From: Candidatus Electronema aureum
GTDB taxonomy: Bacteria; Desulfobacterota; Desulfobulbia; Desulfobulbales; Desulfobulbaceae
Direction of reading: 5' to 3'
Assembly (NCBI GenBank): GCA_004284765.1
Contig: NQJD01000034.1
Location: 1-25,850 of the forward strand
Length of the DNA: 25,850 nt
Shown here: positions 1 through 9,607 of the stretch, one piece after another
Position numbering within the stretch: position 1 is the stretch's first letter
Layout of the letters: each line of letters starts with the position of its first letter
Translations under genes and position numbers: made by a program
The notes under the pieces: model-generated
What the model saw: the letters and a program-made list of their open reading frames with translations, nothing else
Told to the model about the DNA's origin: nothing
Databases searched by the model: none

Positions 1-238
1 TCTGATTCGTAAAATTTTGGCGCACACTGTTTGTGTCTTCCTTAATTTGGTCTATAACCGCCCTCCACTTGACTTGGATGGCTTGATTGCTGCCTAATCA
101 AGTTTAAAAGAGTTGCACATTAGGTAAGAACAAAATGTTTTTATTGACTTGGATGAATATTCAATTGAAAATCCGGGCAAGATCATCGGCATTTTGCTCG
201 AAATGGCGGCGCGGACTGCCTGAAAAAATATAAACACC

Positions 239-1009
239 ATGCCCCAATCCCAACAGCAAAGCCGTATCCTCGCCAACGATCCGCTTACCGCCGAGGTCTT
301 CCGACTCACCGTCTATTCGCCGGAGATCGCCGTTGCCGCTGCGCCGGGCCAGTTTGTCATGGTTCAGGTTAGCAGCAGCCTTGATCCGCTCCTGCGGCGG
401 CCTTTTTCCATCCACAGCCGGGGCGCGGACGGCAGCATCAGTTTGCTTTTCAAGGTCGTGGGCCGAGGTACCGCTCTGCTCGCCAAAGCCCGGCCCGGCG
501 ATAAAATTGATTTGCTCGGCCCCTTCGGCAGAGGCTTTGATCTGAGCGCAGCCGAAAAGCCAGTCTGCCTGATCGGCGGCGGCATGGGCATCGCCCCACT
601 GCTTTTTCTTGCGCAGGAACTGCCCGGCAGGAAACACGCCCTGCTCGGCGCGAGAAACCGCGACGAACTGGCCCCGCTCGCAAAATTCTTCGCCGACATC
701 GGTTGCGCAGTGCAGCTCGCCACCGACGACGGCAGCCTTGGCCATCATGGCTTCATTCCAGATTTATTAGACGAAGTTCTGCCGGATGTGAGCCAAGTCT
801 GCACCTGCGGCCCCAGCCCGATGATGCGCGGCGTTGCCCGCAAATGCCGAGCCGCCGAGGTCTCCTGCCAAGTCTCGCTGGAAACCCACATGGCCTGCGG
901 CATGGGAGCCTGCCTCGGCTGCGCCGTGCCGGGCCGCGACGGGAGCTACGTCCACGTCTGCAAGGAGGGGCCGGTCTTTAACAGCGAAGAGCTGCCTTGG
1001 GAGCTGTGA
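239..1009 (+). CDS. pyrK: Dihydroorotate dehydrogenase (class 1B) electron-transfer subunit
   Basis: 256-aa ORF. It has a ferredoxin-reductase-like N-terminus (RPFSIHS), a GGGMGIAPL nucleotide-binding loop and the C-terminal Cys cluster ACGMGACLGC...C typical of the PyrK [2Fe-2S] site. Its stop (1007-1009) abuts the pyrD start. Confidence 0.9.
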   Translation: MPQSQQQSRILANDPLTAEVFRLTVYSPEIAVAAAPGQFVMVQVSSSLDPLLRRPFSIHSRGADGSISLLFKVVGRGTALLAKARPGDKIDLLGPFGRGFDLSAAEKPVCLIGGGMGIAPLLFLAQELPGRKHALLGARNRDELAPLAKFFADIGCAVQLATDDGSLGHHGFIPDLLDEVLPDVSQVCTCGPSPMMRGVARKCRAAEVSCQVSLETHMACGMGACLGCAVPGRDGSYVHVCKEGPVFNSEELPWEL

Positions 1010-1935
1010 TGGAAACGCTTGATCTGCGGGTACGAATCGGTGCGCTGGAACTGCAAAATCCGGTGCTGACCGCCTCCGGCACCTTTGGCTATGCGAAAGA
1101 ATTCGAGCCGTTCCTCAATCTGAACCGGCTTGGCGGCATCATCGTCAAAGGCATCTCGCTGGAGCCGCGAGCAGGCAATCCGCCGCCGCGCATTGTCGAG
1201 ACCGCCTGCGGAATGCTCAACGCCATCGGCTTGGAAAATGTCGGGATTGAGCGGTTCATCAGCGAGAAAATGCCCTATCTGCGCACGCTGACCGCGCCGC
1301 TGATCGTCAATATTCTCGGCGACTCGCTTGATGACTACCGCGAGCTGGCCCGCCGCTTGGACGAAGTGCCGGGCATCAGCGGCATTGAGGTCAACATTTC
1401 TTGCCCGAACGTGAAAAAGGGCGGCGTGGCTTTCGGTGCGGTGCCGGAGATGGCAGCAGCGGTGACAGCAGTGGTGCGCGGCGCGACCCGGCTGCCGCTG
1501 ATCGTCAAACTCTCTCCCAATGTCACAGACATCACGGTGATGGCCAAAGCCGTGGAAGCGGCGGGTGCGGACGCAGTTTCGCTGATCAACACCTTGATTG
1601 GCATGGCCATCAACGCCGAGACACGCAAACCGCGCTTGGCGAACATCATCGGCGGCTTGTCCGGCCCGGCAGTGAAGCCGATAGCCCTGCGCATGGTCTG
1701 GCAGACAGCGCAGGCGGTGCAAATTCCAGTGATCGGCATCGGCGGCATCAGCACTGCGGACGACGCAGTGGAGTTTTTCCTTGCCGGGGCGACAGCGGTG
1801 CAGGTCGGCACCGCCAATTTTTACGATCCCTCGGCAGCGGAAAAAATCGTCGCCGGGCTGGAAGAATATTTGCAGCGGCATAACGAAGAACGGATCAGCA
1901 CTCTCATCGGCGCGTTGGACACAGGAGGAAAATAA
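1009..1935 (+). CDS. pyrD: Dihydroorotate dehydrogenase catalytic subunit (class 1B)
   Basis: Motifs NPVLTASGTFGY, NISCPNVK, GGLSGPAVKPIALR and IGIGGI match a class 1 DHODH TIM barrel. I prefer the ATG at 1009 (TGATG junction with the pyrK stop) over the TTG at 997 given in the ORF track. Confidence 0.93.
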   Translation: METLDLRVRIGALELQNPVLTASGTFGYAKEFEPFLNLNRLGGIIVKGISLEPRAGNPPPRIVETACGMLNAIGLENVGIERFISEKMPYLRTLTAPLIVNILGDSLDDYRELARRLDEVPGISGIEVNISCPNVKKGGVAFGAVPEMAAAVTAVVRGATRLPLIVKLSPNVTDITVMAKAVEAAGADAVSLINTLIGMAINAETRKPRLANIIGGLSGPAVKPIALRMVWQTAQAVQIPVIGIGGISTADDAVEFFLAGATAVQVGTANFYDPSAAEKIVAGLEEYLQRHNEERISTLIGALDTGGK

Positions 1936-2609
1936 TGGAGCTGGGCAAAATTTGCGTCTCCATCGCCGCAGCGGCGGCGCGTGAGCAGGCAGGCGCGGTG
2001 CTGGACGCGGCGGACGTGATCGAAATCCGCTTGGACAGCATGGCCGAGCCGGAAGTGGCCAAGTGCTGCTCGCTGCTGCGCAAGCCGCTGCTCTTCACCA
2101 ATCGTCCGACGTGGGAAGGCGGCCAGTTCGCCGGGAGCGAGGAGGAGCGCATTGCCCCGCTCTTGGAGGCGGTGCGGCTGCGGGCTGCATACATTGATCT
2201 GGAGCTGCGGGCTGCATTGGCAGACCGTCACCGCCTGCTGGAGGCGATGGAGAACAGCCCGACACGGATGATCATCTCTTGGCATGATTTCCAAAGCACT
2301 CCTTCAGCGGCGGAGCTGACCGGGATTCTTCACCAGATGATCGCCAGCGGCGCACATATTGGCAAGATTGTCACCACCGCGCATGGCCCCAGCGATGTAC
2401 TGCGAGTGCTGGCCTTGCAAGAGCAAGCGCGGGCAGCAGGCTTCTGCCTGAGCTGCTTCTGCATGGGCGAGGCAGGCCGCATCAGCCGACTGGCCACGCT
2501 GTATCTTGGCGGCTACATGACCTATGCCTGCCTGAGCGACGCGCAGGCCACCGCTCCCGGCCAAATTTCTGTCGCTCGGCTGCGGGAGCTGAACGCGCTG
2601 CTGCGATAA
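1935..2609 (+). CDS. aroD: 3-dehydroquinate dehydratase, type I
   Basis: 224-aa ORF with type I DHQase landmarks: EIRLD, TNRPTWEGG, DLE, SWHDF..TP, the catalytic-Lys context GAHIGKIV, MGEAGRISR and APGQ. AGGAGG lies at 1923-1928, and the ATG overlaps the pyrD TAA by 1 nt. Confidence 0.88.
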   Translation: MELGKICVSIAAAAAREQAGAVLDAADVIEIRLDSMAEPEVAKCCSLLRKPLLFTNRPTWEGGQFAGSEEERIAPLLEAVRLRAAYIDLELRAALADRHRLLEAMENSPTRMIISWHDFQSTPSAAELTGILHQMIASGAHIGKIVTTAHGPSDVLRVLALQEQARAAGFCLSCFCMGEAGRISRLATLYLGGYMTYACLSDAQATAPGQISVARLRELNALLR

Positions 2610-3041
2610 TTTTTTCTTTTGCAATAACAGTAAGGTGAAAACAGTACCGCTTAAAAAGCTCATAATTAGGCTTTAAATTGATTTAAAGCAAAACGCGAAG
2701 AAACGTATTGCCTGTGTCTTGGAAGTTGATTTTTGGGCATTTTGTGCATCCGCTGTTTGGTTGCTTGATAGCAATTCGTCGACTGGCAGGTTATCGTAAT
2801 GAATTTACACAATTATTCAAGAAATATCTTGCCGGAGACCGTCTGATCTGGTTAGATTCAAACAGAGATAGGCAGTTAAGCTGGCCACTTTTCTGCTTAT
2901 ACAGTAGCATTTTTCCTACAGAAAAAAGCGCGCAAAATGTGGGGAATACAGTGGGGAACAAAAAAATATCGAAGCTGAAAAATAATAGATTACCTCCCGT
3001 TTTAATTTTATTTTTCCAGCAAGATGCCCTGTCATGATCTT

Positions 3042-3062
3042 CGGCTTGTGAAGCCGTTTTTT
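3042..3062 (+). terminator. Short hairpin plus T6 tract (candidate intrinsic terminator) inside the aroD-aroE spacer
   Basis: CGGCTT-GTG-AAGCCG is followed by TTTTTT. It lies 5 nt after the stop of the non-ATG ORF 2708-3037. The stem is only 6 bp, so this is weak. Confidence 0.35.
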
Positions 3063-3163
3063 ACATTCCTTCTTAGGCTGTCGAAATACACATATTTTTA
3101 TCCTCAATTTTCTGTATTTTCTCAGTATCTCCCCCGTTAATTCTGCAAAATAGGTGAAACACG

Positions 3164-4009
3164 GTGCCTCTCGTTGACGGCAGCACTGAACTCTTTGGCA
3201 TCATTGGCAACCCAGTCCGTCATTCGCTGAGTCCGGTGATGCACAACGCCGCCTTTACCCTGATGGGCATGAATCGGCTTTACGTGCCAATGGAGGCTGC
3301 GGACATCGGGCAGGCCATGAGCGGTCTCCGCGCTCTGGGCTTCAAAGGAGTCAGCATAACTGTACCGCACAAGGAAGCGGTCATTCCTTTTTTGGATGAG
3401 ATCGACCCGGTGGCCGAGAAGATCGGCGCAGTGAATACCTTGCTCTTGCGAAAGGAGGGACAGCGTACCGTCGTCCGAGGTTTTAACACCGATTGGATCG
3501 GAGCCAATGCAGCTTTAGCCGCAGCAAAAATCAATCTGCAAAAAAGCCGCATCTTAGTGGCAGGCGCGGGCGGCGCGGCCAAGGCCGTTGGTTTTGGCTT
3601 GGTTCAGGCAGGCGCAGAAGTGGTGATTACCAATCGGACAACAGAAAGTGGCAAAGAGTTAGCCACTTGGTTGGGCTGTGAATTTGTGTCGAGTGAAGAT
3701 ATTGCTTGGGTTTCGGCAGATGTGTTCATCAACACGACCTCAGTTGGGATGAAGCCTGACCTAAACGGCATTGTGGTTCCGTCAAGCATCTTGCCTCAAT
3801 TTTCCGCTGTCATGGATATCGTCTATGCTCCGTTAGAAACCCGCCTGCTCCGCGAGGCCAAGGCCGCAGGTTGTCGCACCATTGACGGCTTGGCTATGCT
3901 GCTTTATCAGGGCGCGGAGCAGTTCAGAATTTGGACAGGTTTGACTGCGCCGGAATTGATCATGCGGACTGCACTGGAAGAAGAGTTGAGAAGAAGGGCA
4001 ATAAAATAA
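3164..4009 (+). CDS. aroE: Shikimate 5-dehydrogenase
   Basis: Motifs LFGIIGNPVRHSLSPVMHNAAF, SITVPHKEAV, GAVNT, FNTD and GAGGAAKAV are the canonical AroE set. GTG start. Confidence 0.92.
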   Translation: MPLVDGSTELFGIIGNPVRHSLSPVMHNAAFTLMGMNRLYVPMEAADIGQAMSGLRALGFKGVSITVPHKEAVIPFLDEIDPVAEKIGAVNTLLLRKEGQRTVVRGFNTDWIGANAALAAAKINLQKSRILVAGAGGAAKAVGFGLVQAGAEVVITNRTTESGKELATWLGCEFVSSEDIAWVSADVFINTTSVGMKPDLNGIVVPSSILPQFSAVMDIVYAPLETRLLREAKAAGCRTIDGLAMLLYQGAEQFRIWTGLTAPELIMRTALEEELRRRAIK

Positions 4010-4062
4010 AGATACTGTAACATAACGAGTATGTTACCTATTACTACATAAGGAGCAACGCT

Positions 4063-5349
4063 GTGACTGATTACAAAGTGGCCGACATGGGCTTGGCTGA
4101 ATGGGGCCGCAAGGAAATCGCCATTGCTGAAACCGAGATGCCGGGTTTAATGACCCTACGGGCCGAGTACGGCCAAGACAAGCCGCTCAAAGGCGCGCGG
4201 ATCGGTGGCTGCTTGCACATGACCATTCAGACTGCTGTGCTGATGGAGACGCTGGTCGAGCTGGGCGCGGAGCTACGCTGGTCGTCGTGCAACATTTTCT
4301 CTACTCAAGATCATGCGGCGGCGGCAATGGCCGCAGCGGGCATCCCCACCTTTGCTTGGAAGGGCGAGACAGAAGAAGAATTTTGGTGGTGCATTGAGCA
4401 AACCATCTTCGGGCCGGATGGTTGGCGGCCTAACATGATCTTGGATGACGGCGGCGACCTCACCCAGATCATGCACGAGAAATACCCAGAGTTGATGAAG
4501 GATATCCGAGGCATTTCCGAGGAGACCACCACTGGCGTGCATCGCCTGAATGAGATGGCCAAGGCAGGCAAGCTGCTTGCGCCGGCCATCAACGTCAACG
4601 ACTCAGTGACCAAGTCGAAGTTCGACAATCTCTACGGCTGCCGCGAGTCGCTGATTGACGGCATCAAGCGGGCCACAGACGTGATGATTGCGGGCAAGGT
4701 GGCAGTAGTCGCCGGTTACGGCGATGTGGGCAAAGGCTGTGCGCACGCCCTACGCAGCATGGGCGCGGTGGTCTGCGTGACCGAGATTGACCCGATCTGC
4801 GCCCTGCAAGCGGCAATGGAAGGCTACCGAGTGATGACGATGGAGGAGGCAGCACTTATCGGCGACATCTTCGTCACCTGCACCGGCAATGTACGCGTGA
4901 TCAGCAGAGCGCACATGAACGTGATGAAGAATCAGGCCATTGTCTGCAATATCGGCCACTTTGATTCGGAAATCGACATTGCCAGCATCCGCGAATTGCA
5001 ATGGGAAAACATCAAACCGCAGGTCGATCATGTCATCTTCCCAGATAACAAGCGGATCATTGTCTTAGCTGAAGGTCGTTTGGTCAATCTCGGTTGCGCT
5101 ACCGGTCATCCCAGCTTTGTGATGAGCAATTCCTTCACCAATCAGGTGTTGGCGCAGATGGAATTGTGGAATAACTCCAATCTTTACGAGAAGCAGGTTT
5201 ATTTCTTGCCCAAGCGTTTGGACGAAATGGTTGCGCGGCTGCATCTTCAGAAGATCAACGCCCATTTGACTACCCTCACCAAAGAGCAGGCAGACTATAT
5301 TGGCGTAAATGCCGATGGTCCGTACAAGCCTGATTATTACCGGTATTGA
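4063..5349 (+). CDS. ahcY: Adenosylhomocysteinase (SAH hydrolase)
   Basis: 428-aa ORF with N-terminus [28 protein letters not shown]-binding loop [10 protein letters not shown] and C-terminus [14 protein letters not shown] lies at 4050-4055 upstream of the GTG start. Confidence 0.96.
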   Translation: MTDYKVADMGLAEWGRKEIAIAETEMPGLMTLRAEYGQDKPLKGARIGGCLHMTIQTAVLMETLVELGAELRWSSCNIFSTQDHAAAAMAAAGIPTFAWKGETEEEFWWCIEQTIFGPDGWRPNMILDDGGDLTQIMHEKYPELMKDIRGISEETTTGVHRLNEMAKAGKLLAPAINVNDSVTKSKFDNLYGCRESLIDGIKRATDVMIAGKVAVVAGYGDVGKGCAHALRSMGAVVCVTEIDPICALQAAMEGYRVMTMEEAALIGDIFVTCTGNVRVISRAHMNVMKNQAIVCNIGHFDSEIDIASIRELQWENIKPQVDHVIFPDNKRIIVLAEGRLVNLGCATGHPSFVMSNSFTNQVLAQMELWNNSNLYEKQVYFLPKRLDEMVARLHLQKINAHLTTLTKEQADYIGVNADGPYKPDYYRY

Positions 5350-5361
5350 TCATAGTACGGA

Positions 5362-5391
5362 AACAGGGCAGTATCTCGTCCCTGCCCTGTT
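5362..5391 (+). terminator. Hairpin just after the ahcY stop
   Basis: Perfect 10-bp stem AACAGGGCAG / CTGCCCTGTT with a 10-nt loop, starting 13 nt after the stop. No clear U-tract follows. Confidence 0.4.
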
Positions 5392-5693
5392 ATGAAGCCG
5401 TCAGGTGTTTTTCATGCTGATGAAGATTTCTGCCAGTGACAAGATATGGCTGCTCAATCTATTGATCTGCCTGCTGTACTTTTTTGTTCTTCTTGCCTCT
5501 GGATGTCGTTGGGTTGATGGGCCACTTGCATTCGTTCACGGCTGCCATAACTATGGGATTGATTGGAACCGCATTCATGGCTCCAATTGGTTGTATTGTT
5601 ATTTTTCTGTTCCCGCTCTCTGTTCTTTATTGGATGTGGAGAATTCTTTATTGTTGCTACATCTGTGCCAATACATTTATTCTCTATATAAAA

Positions 5694-5768
5694 AAGCGGA
5701 CTGCACGCTCTCCAAGGAGCAGGCCGCCTACATCGGTGTGAAGTCGGAGTATTTACCGGTATTGATCT
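5694..5768 (+). pseudogene. Degenerate second copy of the ahcY 3' end
   Basis: The segment translates as T-L-S-K-E-Q-A-A-Y-I-G-V-K-S-E, against [15 protein letters not shown] in the live gene (5272-5316). It then repeats TAT(T)TACCGGTATTGATC with a 1-nt insertion and lacks the GPYKPD codons. Confidence 0.8.
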
Positions 5769-5775
5769 ACGGGGT

Positions 5776-5810
5776 GTAGGGTTATGGCGCCGCGTCGTAA
5801 CCCTACTTTT
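5776..5810 (+). terminator. Strong hairpin plus TTTT between the ahcY relic and lysS
   Basis: GTAGGGTTATGGCG-CCG-CGTCGTAACCCTAC forms 14 pairs including 2 G-U, followed directly by TTTT (5807-5810). It is probably the terminator of the ancestral ahcY 3' end. Confidence 0.6.
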
Positions 5811-5834
5811 GCGCCATAACCTCAATGTGTAGCC

Positions 5835-7322
<1,488 letters not shown>

Positions 7323-7332
7323 TAGAAGAGTA

Positions 7333-7357
7333 TTGGGGAGTGCTTTGCGCTCCCCAA
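7333..7357 (+). terminator. Hairpin downstream of lysS
   Basis: TTGGGGAGTGC-TTT-GCGCTCCCCAA forms an 11-bp stem with one G-U pair, 11 nt after the lysS stop. The U-tract is weak. Confidence 0.5.
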
Positions 7358-7412
7358 GTTACATTGCTTTATACTTGGTTGGATTTCTTGGCGATATGGA
7401 GAAAACAAAGCG

Positions 7413-8084
7413 ATGACAGTTAAATGTAAAGTCGAACGGCTTTTGACAGATGTACATGCGAGAATGAAAGATCATTATAACCATGATCGTTACCGATACA
7501 ATTATATTCCTTGGACAGACAATAACGAAGATGAAGACTTCATTGTAAAGATGAAGGAGCTATCTGAAAAACATCAAGCAGATATCGAAGAGGAAAGCGG
7601 GGAAACTATGCAGGTGTTATCAGATTCTGAAATATCTCCTTCAGCATTATATGAAAATTCATGTATCTTCCGAGCACTTGAATCCAGTCTTTTCTTGGTC
7701 TCTGACAGATATAAATATATAAACTCACAGTTTTTCCTCTTCCGAGACTCTATATACGCAGCAACTGGTCCTTATACAGAATCAGAATGTATGCTTCTTG
7801 TTGCCAAGCTGGCAGATAAAGAAAGGAAGCTGTTTGAGGGACTGTCCCAAAAGCAGGATAGTCCAGAAGTCCGTGAAGCCGTCGCCAATAGGAAACGTAT
7901 TTCAGAGGAAGTTCGTATTGCTGTATGGCGACGTGATCAAGGTCAGTGCGCGAAATGCGGCAGCCGTCTAAATCTTGAGTACGATCACATCATTCCAGTC
8001 GCCGAAGGTGGGAGCAATACAGTCCGAAACATCGAGCTGCTATGCGAGAAATGTAACAGAGCCAAAGGGAAGAAGATTCAATAG
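7413..8084 (+). CDS. HNH endonuclease-domain protein with an unassigned N-terminal domain
   Basis: The C-terminal ~60 aa carry CAKCG...EYDHIIPVAEGGSNTVRNIELLCEKCNRAKG. That gives the two CxxC pairs, the D-H and the Asn residues of a zinc-bound beta-beta-alpha-Me HNH fold. Residues 1-160 match nothing I recognise. The gene looks clearly AT-richer than its neighbours. Confidence 0.85.
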   Translation: MTVKCKVERLLTDVHARMKDHYNHDRYRYNYIPWTDNNEDEDFIVKMKELSEKHQADIEEESGETMQVLSDSEISPSALYENSCIFRALESSLFLVSDRYKYINSQFFLFRDSIYAATGPYTESECMLLVAKLADKERKLFEGLSQKQDSPEVREAVANRKRISEEVRIAVWRRDQGQCAKCGSRLNLEYDHIIPVAEGGSNTVRNIELLCEKCNRAKGKKIQ

Positions 8085-8173
8085 CTGCTTCGGCATTGTT
8101 GTAAAGTGTTACGGAAACCCAGCCTGCTTCCCTCCTCGCCCAACTCGACACCGCTTGCGGCTCAAACTATACA

Positions 8174-8200
8174 GTGCTTATGAGTCAGACTCATGAGCAC
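8174..8200. repeat. 27-bp near-perfect palindrome
   Basis: GTGCTTATGAGTC-A-GACTCATGAGCAC gives 13 pairing positions, one of them T-G. No U-tract follows. Confidence 0.7.
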
Positions 8201-8239
8201 TATCACTCTAATTCATAAGGGTATTCTTCATCGTTCCTG

Positions 8240-8268
8240 TTGACAAAACACGCTCCGTTTCCTACCAT
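8240..8268 (+). promoter_or_regulatory. Candidate sigma70-type promoter for the 8417-11362 operon
   Basis: TTGACA (8240-8245), a 17-nt spacer, then TACCAT (8263-8268). It would leave a ~140-nt leader. Confidence 0.35.
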
Positions 8269-8416
8269 GCCAGCTCAAACAGTTCATGTTGAGCTGAGGA
8301 ATGCGTCCGCGCTTTGTTGCGCAGAAGCCTGTGCATGGTGAGATAAAAACGGAGATGCCGAGGAATACTTCGCTCTCTTCAGCCTATATTGTTGACAGTT
8401 GCAAGGAGAATGAACC

Positions 8417-9607
8417 GTGAGATTAACAGGAACAGAGTCAGGACCGCGAGAAATCATCACCCCGTACAGACCAATTCCGCTGAATGTCCCGGAAGGTCTG
8501 AAGCCGAACGAATTTTTCAACAGCGCCGAGAATCTCAACGATCTGGTGCAGAACAACGGCCTGCTGATCAGCCCGGAAAATCTGCTCCTGTACCGCAAGG
8601 CACTGGGACACAGTTTGGAATTTGATGCCTCCATCATTTACAACACCTCAAAGTGTATTCTCAATCCCCTTGGACGACCAGTGCGGCGCACGCAGCTGCC
8701 TGACAACGTCAAGCATGTCTGGAACAGAATGAATCAGATCATGCTCGAATACATGCTGGAGCAATACCCTGATCCAGAGGAGTCGCTGCTTTTGGCTGGT
8801 GAAGCCAGCTTGGATGCAACGTGGCCGCTGACCGAACCGGGCGTGCCGAGCATCCGCATGTTGCATAATCATTTCATTGTCTTCAGCAAGGAGGAGCTGC
8901 GGCAGGCGAAACTGGCTGATCTGAACAATCCCAACTTGACAGATGGCGGCCAGCACAGCTTGTTTGAATCGCATATTCCGCAGGTGTATCGAGAGTTTTT
9001 CGAGAAATCCTTGGACTTGAAGATTCTCAAAGCAACGGATGCGGAATCAGCAAAGATCGCCTTGACTGGGTATCCGCAAGGACTGCCGAGCTGGGAGATT
9101 CAAGGCGGGGTAGAGGCTTTGAAAGATATCTGCTTCTGGCAGGAATACGATCAGATATTGAAAGGATTTCTTGATTTCTACCGAACCTTTTTCGGTCAGG
9201 TCTCCACCCGCAACGCCGTCATGCCGGAGCATGTGTATTTTCCCAAGCAGGTGGAGCAGGTGCTGCTGTTTAACAACGATTTCCTGAAGACCGCCAAGAA
9301 AGTGCGCGACCGCTGCACCCAAGATGCGCACTATGCGAACAGCATCCGCTGGCAGCCTGCATTCAAGCAGCTTATCTACCGCAGTGACGCAGGCAAATTG
9401 ATTGTCACCATCAGTCAGAACTCTGTCGGCAATGCGATCACAGAACTGCTCGGCGTGGTGGTGAAGCGGGTGCCTGACACAGATGCCTATGCCCAGTTTG
9501 AACCCAAGCTGATGGAAAAACTGTTCGCCGTGCGGCAGCGGCTGATTGACGCGGATATTGGTGTGCCGGTTAGGAATCAGTATTGGCAAGAAAAACAAAC
9601 AGAATGA
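8417..9607 (+). CDS. Hypothetical protein, 396 aa, family not recognisable by eye
   Basis: Long ORF with a GTG start 8 nt after AAGGAG (8403-8408). Its stop overlaps the next gene's ATG (ATGA at 9604-9607). The only notable local motif is RMLHNHFIVF (His-x-His at 8864-8872). Confidence 0.7.
   Translation: MRLTGTESGPREIITPYRPIPLNVPEGLKPNEFFNSAENLNDLVQNNGLLISPENLLLYRKALGHSLEFDASIIYNTSKCILNPLGRPVRRTQLPDNVKHVWNRMNQIMLEYMLEQYPDPEESLLLAGEASLDATWPLTEPGVPSIRMLHNHFIVFSKEELRQAKLADLNNPNLTDGGQHSLFESHIPQVYREFFEKSLDLKILKATDAESAKIALTGYPQGLPSWEIQGGVEALKDICFWQEYDQILKGFLDFYRTFFGQVSTRNAVMPEHVYFPKQVEQVLLFNNDFLKTAKKVRDRCTQDAHYANSIRWQPAFKQLIYRSDAGKLIVTISQNSVGNAITELLGVVVKRVPDTDAYAQFEPKLMEKLFAVRQRLIDADIGVPVRNQYWQEKQTE

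Noticed and set aside
161-1881. Long antisense and alternate-frame ORFs inside pyrK and pyrD (for example 161-748 minus, 946-1881 minus, 1401-1883 plus).
   Set aside because: These are shadow ORFs typical of GC-rich coding sequence. Their Arg/Ala/Gly/Pro-rich low-complexity translations have no motifs, whereas the sense frames carry unmistakable enzyme motifs. The same reasoning applies to similar ORFs inside lysS (6081-6617, 6726-7163), ahcY, the AsmA-like gene and rfbD.
2939-2958. GTGGGGAA repeated twice with 12-bp spacing; considered as a CRISPR or tandem-repeat seed.
   Set aside because: There are only two short copies. No further repeats or spacer structure appear here or anywhere else in the window.
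2708-3037. 109-aa ORF in the aroD-aroE spacer as a real protein-coding gene.
   Set aside because: It has no ATG anywhere in the frame (TTG start only), no convincing RBS, and an unremarkable translation in AT-rich sequence. It is kept only as part of a finding about the spacer, not as a CDS.
5405-5779. 124-aa ORF, and the overlapping 85-aa ORF at 5484-5741, as membrane-protein genes inside the ahcY insert.
   Set aside because: T-rich sequence gives Phe/Leu-rich hydrophobic translations in any frame, and two overlapping frames look equally plausible. The 3' part of the longer one is simply the ahcY relic. Neither call is supportable.
5769-5834. Lysine riboswitch or T-box leader upstream of lysS.
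   Set aside because: Only ~65 nt are available between the ahcY relic and the lysS start. That is far shorter than either element, and no specifier or L-box core motifs are visible.
9583-9603. Track start at 9583 for the kinase gene (25-nt overlap with the upstream ORF).
   Set aside because: The in-frame ATG at 9604 forms a canonical ATGA stop/start overlap. The extra N-terminal MARKTNR adds nothing recognisable.
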